Below, one piece after another: positions 55,716-64,000 of a stretch of 64,000 nucleotides of DNA; positions within the stretch are counted from its first letter, which is position 1, and the number at the start of each line of letters is the position of its first letter. The DNA is from the human T2T-CHM13v2.0 reference genome, Homo sapiens. The DNA lies in the NCBI RefSeq assembly GCF_009914755.1, contig NC_060932.1; one strand, written 5' to 3'. The position numbers and the translations under genes were made by a program. Below the pieces are notes generated by a model, which was given only the letters and a program-made list of their open reading frames with translations, ran no database searches and was not told the origin of the DNA.

Positions 55716-56458
55716 TGATAATAACACTTTTAAAAAAGGAGTTGGCAGAATTCTGGTAAAATGTTAACTAGTGGCTGCTAACCTGGGCAGAGAAAAACTC
55801 AAGGTTGTTCCAATGAGGGAAGTAGTGTCTACCTCCTTTTTCTCAGGACCTTCCTATGGAAGAAGATTCTTGAGTTACGAGTTTTCAAAATTACTCCTAC
55901 TCTCAAACAAAAATAAAAAAGAAGGAAAGGTGCAACTGTCTCTGAGATTTTAGGAAAAACTGGCAGGGTATAATGCAAACATGAGTATTGTCTCTAGAGA
56001 TCTGTAGTCACCGAGTCACTACACTTCCCCAAGGTGAAGGTGTTTCATTCCACTAAGGTGAAGATGTTTCAACTCATCAGCCTTCCTCTCAGTAAAAGGG
56101 AATGTACCCTCCAAAACACAGACTTTCCCTCTAGAGGAAGTCTTTCTGATTTTCTTAATCACCTCTCTTTGTTCTCTCTAACTGCCTGAGACAAGTGGGA
56201 GGGTCTGGATCCCATTATCCCCTGGGACAGACTTATTCATTCACAACCGTAAGGCTTAGGCCCCTGGAGATGTTCTAACTACTAACTGTATAAATTAGGT
56301 AACAGATATGGGTGATTAACACAGAGGATGTACATCCTACATATATGTATACTTTATATACAATTGGATTTTCTGTTTTATCCTTTTTAGTCACTACAAT
56401 GTTATTGTCCCTAAAGTAACAAGTATTTTCATTTTCTGCGCTATTACTGTTCTAGTTA

Positions 56459-56645
<187 letters not shown>

Positions 56646-57029
56646 AAAGTGCTCTTAGGGGAAAAAAAGATAAGAGACTCAAATATATTCAGAGATGTTA
56701 CCTAGCATTTAGACTCTTGAAAATGTACATATTAGTACTTGGAAATACATTTTTTAAAAAAAGATTAGCTGCCTAATTACAGATTTCACACATAATCTGT
56801 CATTGGTTAAATATGTGCTGACTGTCATTAAGCTGTTCAGTGAAAGATGAGTAGAGGGCTGGCCTGCTGCTCCTCTCAGAAGTACAAGGAGTTGTCTCTT
56901 AAAGGAAAAAAAAAAAAATAAGAATACTATCTCTATTCTCATTTTGCAGAGTAGCTAAAATAACCCACAATTTAACTTCCTTTTGAGCCACTAACAAGTT
57001 ATGATGGCAATTGATTTACTTTAAAAAAT

Positions 57030-57600
57030 ACAGATTTACTGGCCTCTTTTCAGATTTATTAAATCAAAATTTACATGAATTGAATCTTGAAACTTTGTAT
57101 TTTTAACACCTTACCCAGTGAGTCTTATGCCACAAGCATACCATTTCTCCATTTGGAAGCCACTGAAACTTAACCAATGGTCTTCAAGATTTGACTGTCA
57201 TTGGCCAACAGCGTGACCTCAGTCAAGTCACTTCATCTCTTAGGCTCTTAATTTTTGCATCTGCAAAGTTTGCGCTAAATAATCTTTAAAATGTTCTCCA
57301 AATCTGTGTCCTATAATGAGTCTATATAGGACAATTCAAAAGCACATGGCTTTGAATAAGATTGAGAATGTGATAATAATAGCTTACATTTGAGTAGCAC
57401 TTCAGAATTTTAAGATGCTTCCACTTTATATATCTCATCTGAGCCTGATAGTGTTGAAAGGAGAAAGGCAAGCATTACTATGCTCTTTTTACAGATGAAA
57501 AAAAGCCTCTTAAGTTTTGTGTAAAAAAGGAAAGAAAGAAAGGGATGTTTTCAAGGTTAAATAGTAAGTGAGGTGCTAGACTAAAATCCTGGTCTCTAGA
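57030..57600. mobile_element. Cluster of MER5-like and MIR fragments
   Basis: MIR cores gtgacctcagtcaagtcacttcatctct and tttacagatgaaaaaa; MER5-like ttgtatttttaacaccttacccagtgagtcttatgc. Confidence 0.6.
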
Positions 57601-57884
57601 TAACTACACTTTTCCATATTCACATGCATTTTTACCTGACAATAATCAAAGTAACACTATAAAATCAGTGTCACCGAAATTTCACTTTTGTCTTGTATGT
57701 TTCCAGGAAGAAGGTAAAAACACAAGTCTAGAAAGTGGTGATTGAATTTTCAAAATTAATGTATTTAAATTCAAATTATGAACTTTTCTTAACCACTATT
57801 CTTCATTCACCTATTCCTTTGCAGCAAAGACAATATCATGCACTACTAAAATAATTTCACATTTTTTTCTCGGAACACAGCTAA

Positions 57885-58250
57885 ACTATTTTCGCCAGCA
57901 TCCTTGTAGTTAGGATATGGCTCCGGGACTGGCTTCTGGCTAATGAAATATGAGGATAAGTGACATCCATTACTTTCAAAGCTGATCTGTAAAAGTCTCG
58001 TGGCGCCCTCGTCCATTCTGTTTCCTGCTTCTGTAGTGACCTTGGAGGCCACAAGTTGAAGATAGCAGAGCCATTAGAAGGAGACAATCTGCCCCCTTTC
58101 ATGAATTTAAGGAGCAGCAACCAATATTTCCACTCTCAACTCTGTCAACTCCATTGGACTGTATTATCAGTGTGCAATAAACTTCTATGGTGTTAAGCTA
58201 CTGAGATTTTGAAGTGGCTTGTTACAGCAGTTAAGCTGCCTTGATTAATA
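57885..58250 (+). mobile_element. MLT1 (MaLR) solo LTR fragment
   Basis: cagcatccttgtagttagg...aataaacttctatggtgttaagctactgagattttgaagtggcttgttacagcag. Confidence 0.8.
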
Positions 58251-58481
58251 ATGTCCTTAAATTATGTTCATTGTTTTTCCAATTTTTCCTGCTATTAGTT
58301 GGTAATTTATATACTCCATTTACAGTGTTATAAATGATTTCTCTGGAAATTACACATTCATCCTTGACTTACTGATATTTTTGCCCCCTTCACAAACAAA
58401 GCAAGTACTTTAGAAAACTTTTTAAGTTCTATTACACTCTATTGTTTTTGAAAATTTTAATAATATTCTCTCTCTCATCAT

Positions 58482-58596
58482 ACAGTCCTTGACTTACAAT
58501 GACTCAGCTTAACAATGATTCAGCTTACAAGTTTTCAACTTTATCATGGGTTTACCAGGGTATTAAATCCATTTTCAACTTGCGATATTTTCTACC

Positions 58597-58648
<52 letters not shown>

Positions 58649-58700
58649 TGCCCCTGAGGTTATGTCTCGATAAACCCATCATAGGTAGAAAATGCAAGAT
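58482..58700. mobile_element. Tigger-family (MER47/Tigger5-like) MITE, rearranged around a (TA)n tract
   Basis: tacagtccttgacttacaatg...ttttcaacttgcgatatttt and cagatgcccct...cgataaacccatc. Confidence 0.65.
58603..58642. repeat. (TA)20 microsatellite
   Basis: Uninterrupted TA run; a degenerate TA/CA-rich tract follows at 58705-58792. Confidence 0.97.
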
Positions 58701-58791
58701 TATTACATGTATACGTACATACATAAATATATATACATATAAATACATATATACATATATTTACATATCATATATACATGCACATGTATAT

Positions 58792-59136
58792 ACAGTCACG
58801 TGTCACTCAATGACAGAGATACCTTCTGAGAAACACATTGTTAGTTTATTTTTGCCATTATGTAAATATCACAGAATGTACTTACACTAACTTGGTGTAG
58901 CCTGCTGCATACCCAGGCTATATGTTATAGCCTATTGCTCCTGGGCTAAAAACCTGTATGGCAGGTTACTGTAATAAATATTGTAGGTAAATGTAACACA
59001 ATGCTATGTATTTGTGTATCTAAATATATCTAAACATAGAAAACATACAGTAAAAATATGCTGTTATAATCTTATGGGACTGTTGTTGTATACGCAGTTG
59101 ATTATTGACCAAAATATTGTTATGTGGTGCATGAGT
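58792..59136. mobile_element. Tigger3a/MER7A-like MITE
   Basis: Ends cagtcacgtgtcac... and ...gtggtgcatgagt; internal tagcctattgctcctgggcta and ttataatcttatgggac. Confidence 0.8.
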
Positions 59137-59597
59137 TTACACATAATCCCACAAGACATTATTATTGTTTTATATAGTCAATATTCACATAGATTGATCC
59201 ACGTATTTATTATTTTCATTGATTTTTCATTCTTTTGCAACCATCAATTTTCTCTAGGATAATTTTCCTTCTGCCTAAAGAACATTCTTTAGAATTTTTT
59301 AAAAATATAGATCTGCTTCCCTGGAGTCCATGAGGATGTTAGAAAAAAATGTATATTTTATATAGATCTGCTGGTGGCAAAATATATCTGGTATTTGTTT
59401 TGTTTTGGTGAGAAAATTTATTTGACCTCTGTTCTTGAAGAATATAGAATTCTAGATTGAAACTTATTTTCTTTAAGCCCATTGAATATATTTCTCATCT
59501 TTCAGTTGCTGTTGAGAATCAATTCTCAATCTAACTGTTTTCCTTTGATTTTAATCTGTTCTTTCTCTGTGTCTGCTTTAAAAATTGTTCTCTATTG

Positions 59598-60927
59598 GGC
59601 CTCAGAAATAACACTACACATCTACAACCATCTGATCTTTGACAAACCTGACAAAAACAAGCAATGGGGAAAGGATTCTCTATTTAATAAATGGTGTTGG
59701 GAAAACTGGCTAGCCATATGCAGAAAACTGAAACTAGACCCCTTCCTTACACCTTATACAAAAAATAACTCAGGATGGATTAAAGATTTAAACATAAGAC
59801 CTAAAGCCATAAAAACCCTAGAAGAAAACCTAGGTAATACCATTCAGGACATAGGCATGGGAAAATCTGCGTGACTAAAACACCAAAAGCAATGACAACA
59901 TAAGCCAAAATTGACAAATGGGATCTAATTAAACTAAAGAACTTCTGCACAGCAAAAGAAACTATCATCAGTGTGAACAGGTAACTTACAGAATGGGAGA
60001 AAATTTTTGCAATCTGTCCATCTGTCAAAGGGCTAATATCTAGAATCTACAAAGAACTTAAACAAATTTACAAGAAAAAAAACAACCCCATCAAAAAGTG
60101 GGCAAAGGATATGAACAGACACTTTTCAAAAGGAGACATTTATGTGGCCAACAGACATATGAAAAAAAGCTTATCATCACTGGTCATTTAGAGAAATGCA
60201 AATCAAAACCACAATGAGATACCATCTCACACCAGTTAGAATGGTGATCATTAAAAAGTCAGGAAACAACAGATGTTGGAGAGGATGTGGAGAAATAGGA
60301 ATGCTTTTTCACTGTTGGTGGGAGTGTAAATTAGTTCAACCATTGTGGAAAACAGTGTGGCAACTCATTAAGGATCTGGAACTAGAAACACCATTTGACC
60401 CAGTGATCCCATTACTGGGTATATCCCAAAGGATTATAAATCATTCTACTATAAAACACATGCACACATATGTTTATTGGAGCACTGTTCAAGATAGAAA
60501 AGACTTGAAACCAATCCAAATGCCCATCAATGATAGACTGGATAAAGAAAATGTGGCACATATACACAATGGAATACTATGCAGCCATAAAAAACAATGA
60601 GTTCATGTCCTTTGCAGGAACATGGATGAAGCTGGAAACCATCATTCTCAGCAAACTAACACAGGAACAGAAAACCAAACACCACACGTTCTCACTCATA
60701 AGTGGGAATTGAACAATGAGAACATATGGGCACAGGAAGGGAACATCACACACCAGGGCCTGTCAGGGGGTGGGGGGCAAGAGAAGGGATAGCATTAGGA
60801 GAAATACCTAATGTACATGATAGGTTGATGGGTGCAGCAGACCACCATGGCATGCGTATACTTATGTAACAAACCTGCACGTTCTGCACATGTATCCCAG
60901 AATTTAAAGTCTAATTAAAAAAAAAAA
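59598..60927 (+). mobile_element. 5'-truncated L1PA (ORF2 3' part, 3' UTR, A-tail) inserted in older L1M sequence
   Basis: ORF fragments [27 protein letters not shown]..., [16 protein letters not shown]..., WMKLETIILSKLTQEQKTK; stops and frameshifts present. Confidence 0.96.
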
Positions 60928-61375
60928 TTTTCTCTGTTTTTAACTTCTTCCTTCCGTTTACTGTTATTTTTTCTCTTGTTGTTTTTTTTCCTTTGTTTTT
61001 TCCCCCTCACATTTCTTCTTTCCTTAATTTTACTTGTGCTTTACTGTGGATTTCTTCTTGTTTATTATACTTGAGATTTGTTGGCCTTCTTGAATCTTTG
61101 GTTTAATTTCTCTCATTGGTCTTGGAAAATCCTAAACCATTACTTTTACAATTATTGCTTTTAAAACTTTCTCTCCATTTTGGGGGGGACTCCAACTAAA
61201 CATGTGTTAAGCCTCTTTATTTTCTTTTGGGACTCCAACTAAGATGCATTAGACCTTTCATGGCATTATTTTTCTGCATTCCCTCATCTATATTTTCCCA
61301 CTGTTAGACTTTTCATACTTTATTCTGAATAATTTCCCCTTATATTTTATTTTACCAGTTTTCTCTTCAGTTGTT

Positions 61376-61697
61376 TCTTTTTTGTTTGTTTGTTTTTGTT
61401 TTGTTTTTTTTTTTAGACAGAGTCTTGCTCTGTCACCCCAGCTGCAGTGAAGTGGTGCAGTCTCGGCTCACTGCAACCTCTGCCTCGTGGGTTCAAAAAA
61501 TTCTCCTGTCTTCAGCCTCCCAAGGAGCTGGGATTATAGGTGTGTACCAGCACACTTGGCTAATGTTTGTATTTTTAGTAGAGATGGGGGTTTCCCCATG
61601 TTGGCCAGGCTGGTCTCGAACTCCTGTCCTCAGGTGATCTGCCTGCCTGGGCCTCCCAAAGCACTGGGATTACAGATGTGAGTCACCATGCCTGGCC
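61376..61697 (-). mobile_element. Alu (old AluS/J), TSD cagttgtttctt
   Basis: Reverse dimeric Alu with flanking direct repeat at about 61368 and 61698. Confidence 0.92.
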
Positions 61698-61750
61698 CAG
61701 TTGTTTCTTATCTGCTATAAAGCACATTTATTTATTTATTTTCTGTTTGA

Positions 61751-62074
<324 letters not shown>

Positions 62075-62664
62075 TGATTATTTAAAAAATTGTTATAACA
62101 CTACAGTTTCTAACTAGATGCCAAAATTCTCATTTGAGCTTTATTTCATAACAAGCATAGTCTGTGGTCTTAGGTTTATAATAAGCACAGCCTTATGGTC
62201 TGTGTCTTATAATTCAAAATTAGGGGTTACCATAGGTCTCTTTCTGTTGCTTATTTTTTCTGTTGATTCTTGCTGTCAGTGTTTGCTTTTTTTATGTGAC
62301 AAGTTATCACTACATGCTGGATGTTATATTTGAATAATTATAAATGGAAGCACATTTGGACCAAGATGTTATCCTTCTCCAGAAGAAATTTTTATGTATT
62401 CCTGTCAGGTATCTAGAGACATTTTCCATCTGGGATCACTGTAATCCAGTTTAAGAATTTAGGATTTTTTCATTTTTTGAAAACTGCCCATAGGCTCTCA
62501 TAGAACTAGTTTATTTCTGACTCACCCTTATGCTAAAGATGTACCCTTTCAGCATTTCACTGTAAAATGAATGGTGGTTTATCAGGATTCCCACCCTTGG
62601 TAGGTCCTGGATTTCAGCTACTTCCATGAGACTAACTAAACCTTAGCTTGGACTTTCAGATGAC

Positions 62665-62927
62665 TTTTATTTTTAAAAAATAAACTGTATTGTGTATATT
62701 TGAGGTTTATAGCATGATGGTATGGGACACACATAGATAGTAAAATGGTTACCTCAGTGGAGCAGATTAATATACCTATTATCTAATACAGTTACTTTTT
62801 TGTGACAAGAGCAGTTAAAATCTACGTATTTAACAAAATCCCTAATACAATATAGTTTTATTAACTATAGCCCTCATGCTGTACATTAGATCTCTAGGCT
62901 TGTTCATTCTGCATGTCTGCTACTTTG
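62665..62927 (-). mobile_element. L1MA 3' end fragment
   Basis: tgtatatttgaggtttatagcatgatg...ttaactatagccctcatgctgtacattagatctctagg. Confidence 0.8.
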
Positions 62928-62929
62928 TC

Positions 62930-63177
62930 TTTTCTTTTTGTCTTTTGAGATGAAGTCTCACTCTGTTGCCCAAGCTGGAGTGCAGTGAGGAGATCTTGGC
63001 TCACTGTAGCCTCAGTCTCCCAGGTTCAGATGATTCTCCTGTCTTAGCCTCCCTAGTAGCTAGAATTATAGGCACGTGTTAACATGCACTGCTAATTTTT
63101 GTATTTTTTGTAGAGATGGGGTTTCACCACGTTAGGCTGGTCTTGAACTCCTGACCTCAAGTGATCCACCCGCCTCG
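62930..63177 (-). mobile_element. 5'-truncated Alu with TSD tactttgtctt
   Basis: Reverse Alu ending at gatccacccgcctcg; direct repeat at about 62921 and 63178. Confidence 0.88.
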
Positions 63178-63589
63178 TACTTTGTCTTCTCTTAATCAAT
63201 AAATCCCCATAGGGAAAAAAAAACAACCTCATAGGTTTACCTCTTTGGATTTTCATCTCTCCAAAATTTTAGTCTGACATTTCTTCGCTTTTTTGTGAAA
63301 GAATTGATATAATATTATTGATATAACTGATATTATTGATATAATAAGTGGCATGGCCTGGAATGAATGCAGCTCTACCTGACTCCAAACTATGCTGTTA
63401 ACTATATTTTCATGCTTTCTCCCAAAATTTGTTTCTCATGTAAATTTTTCTGTATATAATTCCAAAACCAATTTCAGGCACTTTTCGTCACCTATATCAT
63501 AATGTGGATTAAAATACAATGAAATGAAAACCACCATGTAAAGTTAATTTGCAATAAACAATATAAGCCAGAGGTAGAATGCTATAATG

Positions 63590-63720
63590 ATATAGTAAGC
63601 TTTGGCATTAGAGAGACATGTGTTTGACCCTTAGCTTGATCTAACTGCTTTTGACCTTGAGCAAGTTGCTTTGTCCTGTCTGAACTGCAGTTTTATCTTT
63701 TATAAGGACAGATGAGACCT
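63590..63720 (+). mobile_element. MIR
   Basis: tgaccttgagcaagttgctt...ctgaactgcagttttatcttttataagg. Confidence 0.65.
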
Positions 63721-64000
63721 AACTTGCCAGACTCATACAATGTACCAATGTCGCCAAAGTGTACTTCACTTAAAGTCATAAAGGATGCCTTTTGCTTTTG
63801 TGCTCCATCATCTCAGAAAGTATTTCAGAGCAAGAGCTCACAATGTTTCTATCACTACGCAAATACTCTAAATTCAAGTTTTCAGGAAACATCAGATTAT
63901 CTTTCACAAGATTTATGGATCTAATTTATTGATCTTCTTTTGCAGTTTACACTAGCTTCAGTGGTTAAGAATGTAAGTGAATAAATTACTTAAAAAGAGG

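Noticed and set aside
56030-56075. aaggtgaag(g/a)tgtttca repeated twice; similar short duplications at 46891-46972 and 63304-63345
   Set aside because: Two-copy slippage duplications with no repeat-spacer array; not CRISPR-like

Overview
Primate (very probably human) genomic DNA covering the 5' end of RUNX1T1 (ETO/MTG8/CBFA2T1), transcribed on the minus strand, plus about 21 kb of upstream flank. The gene is identified by hand translation of short coding exons the ORF track misses: MTG8b N-terminus MISVKRNTWRALSLVIGDCRKKGNFEYCQ (15163-15076), MTG8a ATG CCT G|GTGAGT (1663-1657), and further start exons MCHPDKAF...LPE (34578-34458) and MVGLSGPVQ (41995-41968, in a CpG island). All end in phase-1 donors; the common exon 2 lies left of the window. 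The gene body is poor in young transposons, while 48-64 kb is dense in Alu, L1, MIR, MLT and Tigger relics. Almost all listed ORFs are spurious. I see no new multi-gene system. The best leads are: splice-dependent uORF and stop-start logic among the alternative 5' exons (junction-created TAA stops and an ATGA overlap on the MTG8b start), a diverged direct repeat of about 155 bp flanking an old L1MA (possible giant target-site duplication), a 35-nt truncated U2 snRNA retrocopy with its TSD, and a local inversion in a Tigger element next to a (TA)20 tract. Repeat subfamily calls are by eye.
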